From assembly GCA_033442325.1 (NCBI GenBank), contig JAWQFM010000029.1:440014-454433 (forward strand): a stretch of 14,420 nt of DNA, read 5' to 3'. Made by a program: the position numbers and the translations under genes. Of this stretch, positions 14,398 through 14,420 are shown piece by piece. Each line of letters begins with the position of its first letter. Within the stretch, counting starts at the first letter, position 1. Under the pieces are notes generated by a model. That model was not told the DNA's origin and searched no databases. It was given only the letters and a program-made list of their open reading frames with translations. This stretch comes from Salpingoeca rosetta (Eukaryota; Protista; Choanoflagellata).

Positions 14398-14420
14398 CTA
14401 CACACACACACACAACTAAC

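Overview
Intron-dense, GC-rich eukaryotic DNA full of CA/GT, CACT and trinucleotide microsatellites. The style suggests a choanoflagellate such as Salpingoeca rosetta (inference only). Nearly all long ORFs in the track are microsatellite or N-gap artefacts. Manual splicing with phase-consistent junctions gives three real genes. (1) A minus-strand PLP-dependent kynurenine/alpha-aminoadipate aminotransferase (AADAT/KAT II-like) with 10 exons at 3446->720; it lacks roughly its first 100 residues. (2) A complete plus-strand ARL2 with 6 exons at 3817-5746, encoding 184 aa. (3) The 5' part of a plus-strand RICTOR starting at 6136, with 18 visible exons, two N-gaps and no end in the window. The most notable features are a polarised intron architecture (G/T-rich repeats after donors, complementary C/A-rich repeats before acceptors), the missing aminotransferase 5' exons next to a (CA)n tract, a perfect hairpin beside that gene's most 5' acceptor, and a probable GC-AG intron in RICTOR.
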